Below are positions 39,916-50,276 of a DNA stretch of 64,000 nt, piece by piece. The stretch spans positions 288,001 to 352,000 of the forward strand of contig CBDBOV010000002.1 in the NCBI GenBank assembly GCA_965208575.1, in the 5' to 3' direction. Below the pieces are notes generated by a model. That model made no database searches, was not told where the DNA came from, and saw only the letters and a program-made list of their open reading frames with translations. The translations under genes and the position numbers were made by a program. The stretch comes from Spirochaetia bacterium. Its GTDB lineage: Bacteria > Spirochaetota > Spirochaetia > SZUA-6 > Bin103. Within the stretch, counting starts at the first letter, position 1, and every line of letters starts with the position of its first letter.

Positions 39916-40005
39916 TGGCTTCGCCGGTGTCGCCAAGTGTCGCCAGTGTCGCCACCGCTGTATCGTACCGATTTGCCATATCTGCTAATCTGAGTTGGCG
40001 CGCCA

Positions 40006-40047
40006 TGATTGAGTCCCTGCGCCTTCGCAACGTCGGTCCGGCACCAG
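40006..40047 (+). pseudogene. N-terminal stub of an AAA/ABC ATPase gene
   Basis: MIESLRLRNVGPAP is a typical first strand of such ATPases; homology is lost before any Walker A. Confidence 0.4.
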
Positions 40048-40123
40048 CGGCGCGGCTTGCGCCTGCGCGGGGAAGTCGGCGGGAGCTTCACCGGCCGGGA
40101 ATCCCGTGGCATCTCGTAGGTCT

Positions 40124-41416
40124 TCACGGCGCCGTGTGCGCCACCTCGGCAGGTGCGGGAGTGGCGGCGGCGAGCAGGTGGGAGCCGGACAGGGCGTCGG
40201 TGATGGCGTCGACGAACTCGGGGACGTCGTCGGGGACGCGGCCGGTGACGACGTTGCCGTCGATCATGGCAGGCCAGGCGAAGTCGTAGCGGGCGCCCAT
40301 GGTGATCACGTCGTCGCGGCAGGCGGTGAAGCCGGCGATGCGGCGCCCGTCCACCAGGTCGGCGGCGGCCAGTACGAGGGGGCCGTGGCAGATCGCCGCC
40401 ACCACCTTGCCGGCGTCGGCGGCGCGCCGGCACAGCTCCACCGGCGAGCCTTCGTCGAGGCAGTTCCAGGGGCAGAAGGCGCCCGGGATCATCACCGCGT
40501 CAAAGTCGTCGAGGCTGAGGTCAGCGAGCGGTACGACGGGATAGCGCGAGTCGTCGAGCTCCTGGAACGGCACCGACATGCCGAAGTTGCCCATGACCAC
40601 GTCCAGCCCGAGCATCGGCGGGCGCGATACCGCCGGCGCCGGGAAGGTGCCGAGGATCACCTGGGCGCCGCGCTGGTCGAACTCCATCGCCGGCACGCAC
40701 AGCTCCACGTCCTCGAAGTCCTGGCCGGCGACGATCAGGATGCGCTTGGCGGCCAGCAGGTCGACGGTGGGATCCCGCCAGTCGGGCTGGAACCAGTGCG
40801 CGATGGCGCGCACGAACTCGGGGGTGGCGTCGCTGTCGCGGGCGGTGATCAGGTTGCCGTCCACCACCACCGGCTGATCCACGAAGGCGCCGAGCCGGGA
40901 CAGGAAGGGGCGCACCACGCGGTAGCCGGTGACCCGCTGGCCGGCAACCACGCCGGCGCTCATCAGCACCATCTGGCCGCACTCCAGGGCGCCGACCAGG
41001 ACGCCGTCGCGGTAGGCCGCCGACACGAACCCCGTCACCGCCGGGTCGACGCGCAGCACGTCGGCGGAATGGCCGCCGAGCACGATCAGGGCATCCAGGT
41101 CGCCGGCGGCCTCCGTGGTGAGTTGCGCCTGGTCGCGGAATACGTGCGTGGTATAGCGGTCGCCGTGCGCCATGGTCGGAATCGGGTCGAGGCGCAGCCC
41201 GAACGTGCCCTGTACCGTGTCCGAGGTGGCGGGCCGGGTCATCTTCCAGCCTACCTCCGGCCAGCCGATCACCAGGTTGGTTACGCGCGCCCCCAGCTCG
41301 CTCAGGTACAGGTTCAGGTAGTAGGCCTGGAAGTCGCTGAACTCCGGGCCCGCCAGCAGCCCGACCCGCCTGCCGGTCAACGGCCCCCGCTTGATCCTGG
41401 CCGGTGCATCATCCAT
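40124..41416 (-). CDS. Two-domain DJ-1/PfpI family protein
   Basis: Two repeats: GALECG..VVVDGNLITAR and FEDVE..AAICHGP..IDGNVVTGR. Confidence 0.88.
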   Translation of the reverse strand: MDDAPARIKRGPLTGRRVGLLAGPEFSDFQAYYLNLYLSELGARVTNLVIGWPEVGWKMTRPATSDTVQGTFGLRLDPIPTMAHGDRYTTHVFRDQAQLTTEAAGDLDALIVLGGHSADVLRVDPAVTGFVSAAYRDGVLVGALECGQMVLMSAGVVAGQRVTGYRVVRPFLSRLGAFVDQPVVVDGNLITARDSDATPEFVRAIAHWFQPDWRDPTVDLLAAKRILIVAGQDFEDVELCVPAMEFDQRGAQVILGTFPAPAVSRPPMLGLDVVMGNFGMSVPFQELDDSRYPVVPLADLSLDDFDAVMIPGAFCPWNCLDEGSPVELCRRAADAGKVVAAICHGPLVLAAADLVDGRRIAGFTACRDDVITMGARYDFAWPAMIDGNVVTGRVPDDVPEFVDAITDALSGSHLLAAATPAPAEVAHTAP

Positions 41417-41811
41417 CGCTTGCCTCCCGCGGAGCGCGCATCCGCCCCCTCTTGCTGCCTACCATACCCGGTGCACGGGACCGATAGTCAAAACCTCCAC
41501 GCCGCTCGCGGGTCTGGGAGCCGTCGTACTCGAAGGACGGAACGTCTTGATCAGGCTCCGCGGCAAAGTCGTCATACAGCCGAAGCAGTCCGCGGCAGGT
41601 CTCGTAACCCTCGCTCATCGATCCTCCCCAACGTCGGGTCGACCGGCCCGGTCTCGCCGGAACGATCGCGCGACCCAGAGCATACAGCGGCGTCAGGGAC
41701 CAGCGTAGATCCCGTGCCCCGAGTGACCTTCGCGATCCGTTGAGGAGTCGGATCGCCCCGGTTGCCCACCGCCACGGCGTCGATTTCAATGAATTGCGTG
41801 GGAGGTGGCCC

Positions 41812-42357
41812 GTGATTGCACGAATCCTCAAAAGACAGGTGGCCGGATTCGGCGACCGGTACGGCTACGACGCCAGCTACCTTCACGAGCTGGTCGACAC
41901 CGACCGCACGGGCGCGGTCAAGATGCTGCTGTTGGGTCCGTTCACCCGGCACCGATTCGGCCTGCCGGCGGCGCCCTACTTCGCCGCCAAGATCATCGCT
42001 ACGCAACGCGCCGACTGCGGCGCCTGCCTGAAGCTGGCGATCGACATGGCGGTCGAGGCCGGGGTGCCGCTGGCCCCGATCCGGCACTTGCTGGTCGGCT
42101 CGGCGGAGGAGGCACCGCCGGACATGCAGTTGGCCGCCCGGTACGCCCATGCGGTGCTGGACAACGATCCAGCCCTGCCCGAGGCGATCGAAGAGTGTAC
42201 GCGGCGCTGGGGCAAGCGAGGCCTCGCCGGCCTGGCGGCGGCCGTCGCCGCCGGCCAGCTTTATCCCGTGTTCAAACGCGGCCTGGGACACGGAACCTCG
42301 TGCACGCCAGTGATGGAGTGGCTGCGCTCCCCTGACGAGGGCTCGTGCGATTCTTGA
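41812..42357 (+). CDS. AhpD/carboxymuconolactone decarboxylase-like protein
   Basis: DCGACL CxxC, YGYDASY, YPVFKRGLG; GGAGG RBS. Confidence 0.65.
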   Translation: MIARILKRQVAGFGDRYGYDASYLHELVDTDRTGAVKMLLLGPFTRHRFGLPAAPYFAAKIIATQRADCGACLKLAIDMAVEAGVPLAPIRHLLVGSAEEAPPDMQLAARYAHAVLDNDPALPEAIEECTRRWGKRGLAGLAAAVAAGQLYPVFKRGLGHGTSCTPVMEWLRSPDEGSCDS

Positions 42358-42391
42358 TGCCCTGCCTCCGTGCTATTGTTGCAACGGCACC

Positions 42392-43660
42392 ATGATCCGA
42401 CGCCTCCAGGCCTTCAACTACCGGTGTTTACGGTACGTGGACGTGGAGCTTGGCCGCTTCCACGTGCTCGTGGGTCCCAACGCCAGTGGCAAGAGCACGT
42501 GATTCGACGCCATAGCCTTCCTCGGCGATCTGGTGTCAGGCGGGCTCGAGGCAGCGGTCGAGAACCGCACGAGCAACTTCCAGGATCTCGTATGGGGCCG
42601 GCCAAGAGATGGTCTCGGCTTCGAACTGGCAGTGGAGTTCGACATATCGGACAAGCTCAGAAAACTGCTGCCTGCGGAGAAGGATTACGAAGCCTTTCGT
42701 TACGAGGTGGCGATCCGAGAGACCGAAGGCGACATCAGGATCGACTCGGAACGCGGTATGTTGATGCCACGGCGAGAATCACAACCGACGATCCAGCATG
42801 AGATGTTCCCAGCTCCGATGGCACCCCCTTTGACCATATTGATCGGTGGCAATCGTCGGGGATGGCGAACCATTCTGAGCAAGTCCACGCAAGCCAAGGA
42901 CAATTTCAACATCGAGACTTCCTCCAAGTCGGGTAAGGGATGGGCGACCAGCATCGCATTTGGCTATCGACGTTCGGCGCTTGGCAATCTTCCCGAGTCT
43001 CCGACGAACTTTCCGGTCTCGACGCATGTCAAGAGAGTGCTGGGAACCTCGATCAAGTCGTTCTTCCTCGTTAGCCGCGGTATGCGTGCGGCTAGTTCAC
43101 CAGCGAGGCGTGGTGATGGAATCGCGGAGGACGGTTCGAACCTTCCCTGGGTGATCAAGAGACTGAAGGAAGAACACCCCGAGTCCTATTGGGAATGGTT
43201 GTCGCACGTTCAGACGACGCTACGCGACTTGGCCTGCGTCGAGGTCGTGGAGCGTCAAGACGATCGCCACGCCTACCTGCGGCTTCGCTACAGGTCGGGG
43301 GTAGAGATACCATCATGGATGGCATCCGATGGGACACTCCGATTGTTGGCATTGACTCTTCCCGCTTACTTGCCGGGGTCGAATGATATTTGCATTCTGG
43401 AAGAGCCGGAAAACGGCATCCATCCGTTGGCTGTCGATTGTGTCTTCCAGTCGCTCAGTTCGGTGTACGAGTCGCAGGTACTGCTGGCGACCCACTCGCC
43501 CGTTGTGCTGAGAATGGCCGCATTGGACGAGGCACTCTGTTTCGCGAAGGATGCAGATGGTGCAACCGATGTCGTCCCGGGACACCTCCATCCCCGGTTG
43601 AAGGATTGGAGAGGCTCCCCCAACATGGATGTTTTGTTCGCCACCGGCGTCATTGGATGA
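42392..43660 (+). pseudogene. AAA_21/AbiEii-type ATPase (resembles MADS Mad3) with in-frame TGA at 42500-42502
   Basis: MIRRLQAFNYRCL..LVGPNASGKST*FDAIAFL continues in frame into 42533..43660 (SDGTLR, EEPENGIHP, LATHSP). Confidence 0.8.
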
Positions 43661-43878
43661 CCGATACTCCAACTGAACCACGTAGGCCTGTGCGGCTTGG
43701 CAACTGCGAGTGCCGCCTATCGGCTGTGCCAAGGTCGATCAGGGTCCTCACGAGTAGTCTTACGATAGGTGGAAACTCGGGATCCCGGATAGGACTAGAT
43801 CTTTTATTGTTTCCGGACGCAACAAGAGACGTCACCGCTTCCTGGTATAGGACCATATACCAGCGGTTGCGGCTTCGA

Positions 43879-45228
43879 TTATTGGCGCTTGAGCATCTCG
43901 CCGATCTCTTCCTTGACGAGATCCTCTTGGAGTTTGAAGAAGTCAAACAACTCATACATACCAGCCAGTAAACGATGAGCTATCTCGACGATATTATCCC
44001 GCACCTGTGATGCTGGTATGATGGTGTTTTCTTCAAACGAGTCAGTCATACTGGTCCGACTAGTGAATATCACGCTCGGGCGTCGCCGATCGATAGAAGT
44101 GAGTTTCCGCCCGTTCAGGCCGCTAAACCGACATCGAACTGCTATACTACTGACGCCGGCGAAGGTCTCTGCAAGACGTCCCGCGAACAGGACACTCTCT
44201 GCTACTCGCCAAACAGGCAGAGTAACATCTATAACGGAACCATCCGAGTAGTGTAGCAGCCCATCTTCCGTGTATCCACGAATCGTATAGAGGTTACCAT
44301 TCGGCGTGGCCCGCCAATAATCGCACACCGAAGGGTCATCGTCCGTCACGCGGCTGTCGCCGCCAGGCCAAGATTCTATGCTCTGCCCATAGGGTCGCTG
44401 TTCCCAATCCAAGAACGGCACCCAACCAGTCAGTTTTATGCGGTGTGCTTCTGCAAGCCTATTACGTAGCTCTGTAAGATTACCTGCGGGGACGGCACCT
44501 ATTGGTGAGAATGCCATCTCGTAGTAACCGTGTGGAAATCTCGCCGCTGCACCTTCGGGGAGTGGCTTGACAAGTTCCTCCCATCTCTTGCGGGACTCAT
44601 CGCAGAATGAAAACAATTCGGCAAACGCATCTGGAGAAGGAGCGGGCGGCTCGGAAGTACCTAACACGATAGCCCTGATAGAGTCCAACATGTCGGACCT
44701 GTTCTCCCTTACACAACGATCAATCAAGTGACGCCACTCGGCACCCGACTGGGGTTCTTCGCTGCGAGGGCCTGGTTTCCTTATGTAACATCGGTGTTTC
44801 TGTATCGCGCCATCGCAGCCCCGTTTTGCCATCACTGGGACCTTGCTTCCAGGAACGGTTACTACCGGATGTTTAACTCCGTTCTGCTTGTTCTCAACAT
44901 AGTGAACCTCGCAGTGAAATTCAGGGTCAGCAAAACGGATAATCGCGCTGTTCACCGCATCCTGCTTAATCTCAAGCTGCGGCGGGCCGGGCTGCGATCG
45001 CAGGTTTGCCCCATCTTCCAGGAACCCTAGGACGATGAACCCCCCACCATGATTGGCTAATGCTATGGCCGCCTTCGCCAAGTTAGCCTTGTGCTCGTTC
45101 TTACGCAAGTCGAGCCAACACTTATACTCGGCGCTAAGGTCTTCCCTCGGGTGGGATACTAAAGAATCGATTCTGCTCGGCAGGCGTTCCGCCGGGCCTT
45201 GGCCACCTATCGCCGCCGCGTGTCCCAT
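43879..45228 (-). CDS. Schlafen/AlbA_2-domain protein with uncharacterised C-terminal domain
   Basis: REDLSAEYK..LAKAAIALANHGGGFIVLG; GGAG before ATG 45228; lower GC. Confidence 0.82.
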   Translation of the reverse strand: MGHAAAIGGQGPAERLPSRIDSLVSHPREDLSAEYKCWLDLRKNEHKANLAKAAIALANHGGGFIVLGFLEDGANLRSQPGPPQLEIKQDAVNSAIIRFADPEFHCEVHYVENKQNGVKHPVVTVPGSKVPVMAKRGCDGAIQKHRCYIRKPGPRSEEPQSGAEWRHLIDRCVRENRSDMLDSIRAIVLGTSEPPAPSPDAFAELFSFCDESRKRWEELVKPLPEGAAARFPHGYYEMAFSPIGAVPAGNLTELRNRLAEAHRIKLTGWVPFLDWEQRPYGQSIESWPGGDSRVTDDDPSVCDYWRATPNGNLYTIRGYTEDGLLHYSDGSVIDVTLPVWRVAESVLFAGRLAETFAGVSSIAVRCRFSGLNGRKLTSIDRRRPSVIFTSRTSMTDSFEENTIIPASQVRDNIVEIAHRLLAGMYELFDFFKLQEDLVKEEIGEMLKRQ

Positions 45229-45505
45229 ATGTCTCCTTAGTCCGCCAAATCCGGGCGAGTCGGCGCGGAAAGTATTGCGCTGGGTGCGAGTAGTCAATTG
45301 CTGCTTACATGAAGGTGGTGAAGGTGGCTTGGTACATTCTTTGTCTGTGGCACCTGTGGTGCAGCGGCCTCCTGGCGTTTGGCGACCTCTCGCTGAGTCC
45401 GTTTGGGTGGCGCTGCCCGGCGGCCGCTGCCGGCACTGTGTCGTAGCTCGGACGAGTTGAGGCGCCGAACTTGCGTTCCTGCCCAACAACCACGGTTGGT
45501 CGTGG

Positions 45506-47149
45506 TCAGGAGACTTCGTGGATTTCGCGGGCTATGGGGAAGCGGCGGCCGGTGCCGAAGGCGCGTGGGGAGATCTTGAGGATGGTGGGGGCCTGGCGGC
45601 GCTTGTACTCGGAGAGGCCGACGCGGCGCAGGACGTCGGCGACGGTGGCGTCGTCGTAGCCGCGGGCGACGATCTCGGCGCGGGTGAGGTTGCCGATCAC
45701 GTACAGGTCGAGGATGCGGTCGAGCACTTCGTAGTCGGGCAGGGAGTCCTGGTCGGTCTGGCCGGGGCGCAGTTCGGCGGAGGGTGGCTTGGTGAGGGTG
45801 GCCTCGGGGATGATCTCTCCGTCGCGGTTGATGGCGCGGGCGAGGGCGTACACCTCGGTCTTGAGCAGGTCGCCGATCGGGGCGAGGCCGCCGCACAGGT
45901 CGCCGTACAGGGTGGAGTAGCCGGTGGCGAGTTCCGACTTGTTGCCGGTGGCGAGCAGGATGGAGCCGGTCTTGTTGGAGTAGGCCATCATCAGCATGCC
46001 GCGGATGCGCGCCTGCAGGTTCTCCTCGGTGATGTCGGGCGGTAAGCCGGCGAACACCGGGGCGAGGGCGCGCTCGTAGCCGGCGTACAGTTCTTCGATG
46101 GCGATGGTGTGCATTGGCACGCCGAGCCGCTCGCACAGCAGCGCGGCGTCGGTCTTGCTGCCTTGCGACGAGTACATCGAGGGCAGCGAGAACGCGGTGA
46201 CCCGCTCCGGGCCGAGCGCACGGGCGGCCAGCGCGGCCACCAGCGCGGAGTCGATGCCCCCGGACACGGAAACGTGCACGCGTTCGTGGTGGGTCTTGCG
46301 CAGGTAGTCGGCGATGCCCATGCCGAGGGCGCGCTCGGCGGCGTGCCAGTCGTCGTCCGCGGGGGCGACCGGCTCGCCGGGCTGCTCGCTGTCCCACACC
46401 ATGAGCTGTTCCTCGAAGCCGGTACATTGCAGTACGAGTTCGCCGCGGGCGTCGGTTACCATCGACTGGCCGTCGAACAGCAGGCCGTCGTTGCCGCCCA
46501 CCATGTTGACGTATACCACCGGGACGCCGGCGCTCGCGCCGATACCGGCCAGGAGCCGGCGGCGTACGTGCGGTTTGCCGCGGTAGTAGGGGGAGGCGGA
46601 CGGCGCCACCAGCACGGTCGCGCCCTGGTCCAGGCAGTCGCGCACCGGATCGACGGCGTAGCGGCCGGCGGGGTCGGGCTCGGTCTCCCACCAGATGTCC
46701 TCGCAGATGGTGATGCCGATGCGTTCGCCCTTGAAGTGGGCGAGGCGCCGTTCGGCGGCGGGTTCGAAGTAGCGCGACTCGTCGAACACGTCGTAGGCGG
46801 GCAACAGGGTCTTGGCCTGCGTGTGCAGGATGCGCCCTTCGGCGAGCAGGCTGGCGGCGTTGGCCAGGTGCTTGCCGGAAGCGCCGCGGTTGCGGTCGAC
46901 GTAGCCGATCACGGCGCCGAGGCCGGGCGGCATGGCGCGCTGAAGGTGGCGCAGCGCCTTGCGGTTCTCCGCCACGAACGAGCCGTGATCGAGCAGGTCC
47001 ATCGGCGGGTAGCCGCACAGGCACAGCTCCGGGAACACCACCAGGTCGGCATGCAGGGCACGCGCCTCCCGCAGCCGGGCGAGGATGCGTGCACTGTTGC
47101 CGGCGAAGTCGCCGACGGTGGAGTTGATCTGGGCGAGGGCGATGCGCAT
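45506..47149 (-). CDS. nadE: Glutamine-dependent NAD+ synthetase
   Basis: Nitrilase domain (FPEL, ICEDIW) plus SGGIDS, ENLQARIR, TGNKSE, KPPSAELRP. Confidence 0.95.
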   Translation of the reverse strand: MRIALAQINSTVGDFAGNSARILARLREARALHADLVVFPELCLCGYPPMDLLDHGSFVAENRKALRHLQRAMPPGLGAVIGYVDRNRGASGKHLANAASLLAEGRILHTQAKTLLPAYDVFDESRYFEPAAERRLAHFKGERIGITICEDIWWETEPDPAGRYAVDPVRDCLDQGATVLVAPSASPYYRGKPHVRRRLLAGIGASAGVPVVYVNMVGGNDGLLFDGQSMVTDARGELVLQCTGFEEQLMVWDSEQPGEPVAPADDDWHAAERALGMGIADYLRKTHHERVHVSVSGGIDSALVAALAARALGPERVTAFSLPSMYSSQGSKTDAALLCERLGVPMHTIAIEELYAGYERALAPVFAGLPPDITEENLQARIRGMLMMAYSNKTGSILLATGNKSELATGYSTLYGDLCGGLAPIGDLLKTEVYALARAINRDGEIIPEATLTKPPSAELRPGQTDQDSLPDYEVLDRILDLYVIGNLTRAEIVARGYDDATVADVLRRVGLSEYKRRQAPTILKISPRAFGTGRRFPIAREIHEVS

Positions 47150-47157
47150 CGGCTGAT

Positions 47158-47231
<74 letters not shown>

Positions 47232-47697
47232 GCGGTTGAACTACGCTCCATGAATAGCAGGATTCGCGCTGCAGGCTCAAGCGCCGGCCCACGGACGGTG
47301 CGAATGCGAATAGCGGTGGTGGCGGTCGACGAAATCGGAACGCACCGATCTCACCCCACCGCTCCGGTCGGCACGGCAGCAGATGGGGGACCGGGCGGGC
47401 TGCCGCGGGTGCCGGTGGTCGTGAGGCCCACGTGCCGGGCGGGTCGGACCATCTTGGCGGCGTGAGGTGTCCGACCTGCACCAAAAAACTGCAGAAAATC
47501 GGGCGCAGGGGTTGACGCACTTTTCCGCTGCCGCTGAAGGCCCCTGGCGGGCCTTGAAGCCCGGCAATGGTCTGCGACCGCCAAGTGGCCGACCGCGTGC
47601 CCCTGCAGCCGCCAATTCGCGCCCCAGTGGCGCTGCCGGTGCCGGGTCGAGGACCTGCACGAAAGTGCTATCTACCGGCCAGTGTTATATTTAAGAC

Positions 47698-50118
47698 ATG
47701 CCAAACATGACCGGCGAGACCGGCAGACGACCCTTCAGTTCACTCGGCGATCAGCAGCTCCTGGAGCAGACCAGGCGCCTGGCGGCCAACCAGCGCGGGC
47801 TCGAAGTGCACATCCTGGACCATCTCGACGAGATCGACCGGCGTGGGCTGGCGCTGCGGCGCGGGTTCTCGAGCCTGTTCGACTACGCGGTGCGGGAGTT
47901 GCGGTTCACCGATGCGGCCGCGCAACGGCGTATTCAGACCATGAGGTTGTGCCGGCGGCATGGCTGGGTGCGGGCCATGCTGCACAGCGGCGAGTTGAGT
48001 GTGACGTCGGCGGCGCAGTTGGAGACCGCGTTTGGCGCCGCCGAGCGCCAGTGCCGGAGAGCGAGCGCGAGCGTCGATGAGGAGCGCTGCGAAGATCTGC
48101 ATGGGCTGCCTGCGGTGCCGAGCGGAGCGGGAGACCAGGATGCCGAAGCGTCGGGAGCGAGGATGGCCGGTGCCGCGGCGGTGACGGCATCGACGCCGCG
48201 CGGCGTGGCCGCCGTCGCCCAGGAGCTCGGTGACGCCAGAGGCTGCGGGGCCCGGCATACCGGGAATGACGGCTGCAGACGGCTGTCGGTCGAGCCGGAG
48301 GCGCGGTCGCTCGGTGACGCCGGAGGCCGCGAGGAGCGGCATGCGGAGCGCGACCGTTGCGGGCCATCGTCGGACGGCTCGGCGGCGTGGTCGTCTTGTG
48401 CCGCCGGGGGCCGCGAAGACCGGCATACTGTGAGCGACCGTTGCAGCCGACCGTCTGACGACTCGGCGGCAGGCGGTGTCCGCCCGGCAGCGGCGGGTGC
48501 GCAGCCGGTGGGCCGATTGGACTGGAGTGCCGCCACCTCGGGCGCTGCACCGGCTTCGACGGCCGCCACGCTGCACGCGCCACCGCCTGCGGCGCCGGGG
48601 CGTGTACCGCGGCCCGGGCTCACGGGTACTGAGGCCGCGACCACGCCGGTGGTGCCGGTGGCGAGCCACGCGGCTGCGCAGCACCGCGGCGCCCGGCATG
48701 GCGATGCGCTGCCGGCGCGCCGGGAGTCGAGCGGAGCCGCCTGGCACTCTCCGGCACCGTTGCGGGCTGCCGGTGCCGCCGTGGCCTCCTCGGACCAGGG
48801 CCCGGCGGCGCCACTGCTGCCGCCGGCGAGGGGCGCCGAGCCGGGACCGTTGCCGGTCGTGGCCGCATCGGAGCCGCGGCTCACCGCTGCGCTCGCACCG
48901 GCGCCGTCACGCAGTGATCGGAACCCGGAACTTTGTTCCAACCCGGAACTTTGTTCCAACCCGGAGCGGTCCGCCGGGCCGGTGACCGCCGCCGTGCTGC
49001 TGCACCCGCGGCGCCAGCGCGAGCTGATCGAGCAGGCCGCCGGCATGAGCACGCGCCAGGTCGCCGGCCTGCTGGCGAGCGCCGCTCCCCAGGTGGTGCC
49101 GCCGCGCGACACGCTGCGCGCGGTGGCGCCGGACCGCTACACCTTGAAGGTGAGCATCGACCAGGAGTGCGAGCAGGGACTGCGCCGCCTGAAGGACCTG
49201 CTGTCGCACGTCGACCCGCGCATGTCGTGGGGGGACCTGGTGGCGCGCCTGGTGCGCGAGGCGGTGGCGCGGCACGACCCGCGGCGCGGCGGTGGCAGGC
49301 GGGGGCGTACGGGCGGCACGGCAGCATCGTCGCCGCGGGAGCGGACCGGCGCACCCTCGGTCGTGGCGGCGGCCGCGGCCGGCGGGGAGCAGCCGCGGGC
49401 CGCGACGATCCGCAACGCTGCCGGGGTGCGCGGCGTTGCGCCCGCCGCCCCGACGGGCGGTGCAATGTCAGTTGGCGCCGGCGGCGGCCTGGCCGACGGT
49501 ACTGATGCCACGCCGATCCGGCCGGCCGCGACTGCGGCGCCGAGGTTGGCCAGCGGCGGCTCTGCCGACGGCGCTGGTGCCACGCGGATCCCGAGGGCAA
49601 CGACTGCGGCGCCGGAGTTGGTCAGCGGCGGCACCGGCGACGGCGCTGAAGGCGCAGATGCGACGCGGATCCGGTCGGCAACGACTGCGGCGTCGCAGTT
49701 GGTCAGTGGCGGCTCCGCCGACGGCGCTGGTGCCACGCGGATTCGACGGGTCACGACTGCGGCGCCGAAGTTGGCCGGCGGCGTGCCGCCTGCGCGTGGT
49801 GCGGGCGGCACGCCGGGGGGAGCGTCGCCGCAGTGCACCGGCGATGCTCCGCTCGGCCCGCGCCGGCCGTCGCCGCGGCGCTCCATTCCAGCGGCTGTCC
49901 GGCGTCTCGTCTGGCTGCGTGACGGGGGGCGCTGCCGCTATCGGGATCCGCTCACCGGTCGCCGCTGCAATTCGTCCCACCTGCTACAGATCCACCACCT
50001 GCTGCCGGTTGCAGAGGGGGGCGGCCCGGAGGCGGAGAACTTGGCTCTCGCATGTCTGGCGCACCACCGCATGTGCCACGGCTACGGACCAACTCCGCCG
50101 CCGGAGCCGTCGCGGTAG
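47698..50118 (+). CDS. HNH endonuclease with DUF222-like N-terminus and long low-complexity repeat linkers
   Basis: ILDHLDEIDRR..GFSSLFDYAV..AQRRI; C-terminal RDGGRC..C..LQIHH..GG..ENL..C.AHH. Confidence 0.8.
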   Translation: MPNMTGETGRRPFSSLGDQQLLEQTRRLAANQRGLEVHILDHLDEIDRRGLALRRGFSSLFDYAVRELRFTDAAAQRRIQTMRLCRRHGWVRAMLHSGELSVTSAAQLETAFGAAERQCRRASASVDEERCEDLHGLPAVPSGAGDQDAEASGARMAGAAAVTASTPRGVAAVAQELGDARGCGARHTGNDGCRRLSVEPEARSLGDAGGREERHAERDRCGPSSDGSAAWSSCAAGGREDRHTVSDRCSRPSDDSAAGGVRPAAAGAQPVGRLDWSAATSGAAPASTAATLHAPPPAAPGRVPRPGLTGTEAATTPVVPVASHAAAQHRGARHGDALPARRESSGAAWHSPAPLRAAGAAVASSDQGPAAPLLPPARGAEPGPLPVVAASEPRLTAALAPAPSRSDRNPELCSNPELCSNPERSAGPVTAAVLLHPRRQRELIEQAAGMSTRQVAGLLASAAPQVVPPRDTLRAVAPDRYTLKVSIDQECEQGLRRLKDLLSHVDPRMSWGDLVARLVREAVARHDPRRGGGRRGRTGGTAASSPRERTGAPSVVAAAAAGGEQPRAATIRNAAGVRGVAPAAPTGGAMSVGAGGGLADGTDATPIRPAATAAPRLASGGSADGAGATRIPRATTAAPELVSGGTGDGAEGADATRIRSATTAASQLVSGGSADGAGATRIRRVTTAAPKLAGGVPPARGAGGTPGGASPQCTGDAPLGPRRPSPRRSIPAAVRRLVWLRDGGRCRYRDPLTGRRCNSSHLLQIHHLLPVAEGGGPEAENLALACLAHHRMCHGYGPTPPPEPSR
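48922..48965 (+). repeat. 18-bp tandem repeat AACCCGGAACTTTGTTCC x2.4
   Basis: Read directly; encodes NPELCS. Confidence 0.9.
49486..49782 (+). repeat. Four degenerate ~72-bp repeats
   Basis: Encodes ADGAGATRI..TTAAP.L.SGG x4. Confidence 0.8.
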
Positions 50119-50276
50119 CGCCGCCTCCACGCCGGGGCTGCGTGCGGAGTTGGCCGCCCGTCGTGCGTTCCGGCAAGCTGTCTGCCGTCGATCCGGCTAT
50201 GCGAATTCTGCCGTTCGGACCCCCCGCGGAGGTCGTGGAGGTCGCGGAGGGCGCTCGGATGCGGCGTCCGACCCGG

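Noticed and set aside
39926-39953. GTGTCGCCA x3 short repeat
   Set aside because: Too short and isolated to assign any function.
42500-42502. TGA recoding (Sec/Trp) in the ATPase
   Set aside because: The position is normally a hydrophobic residue after Walker A, and TGA is the ordinary stop of many genes here.
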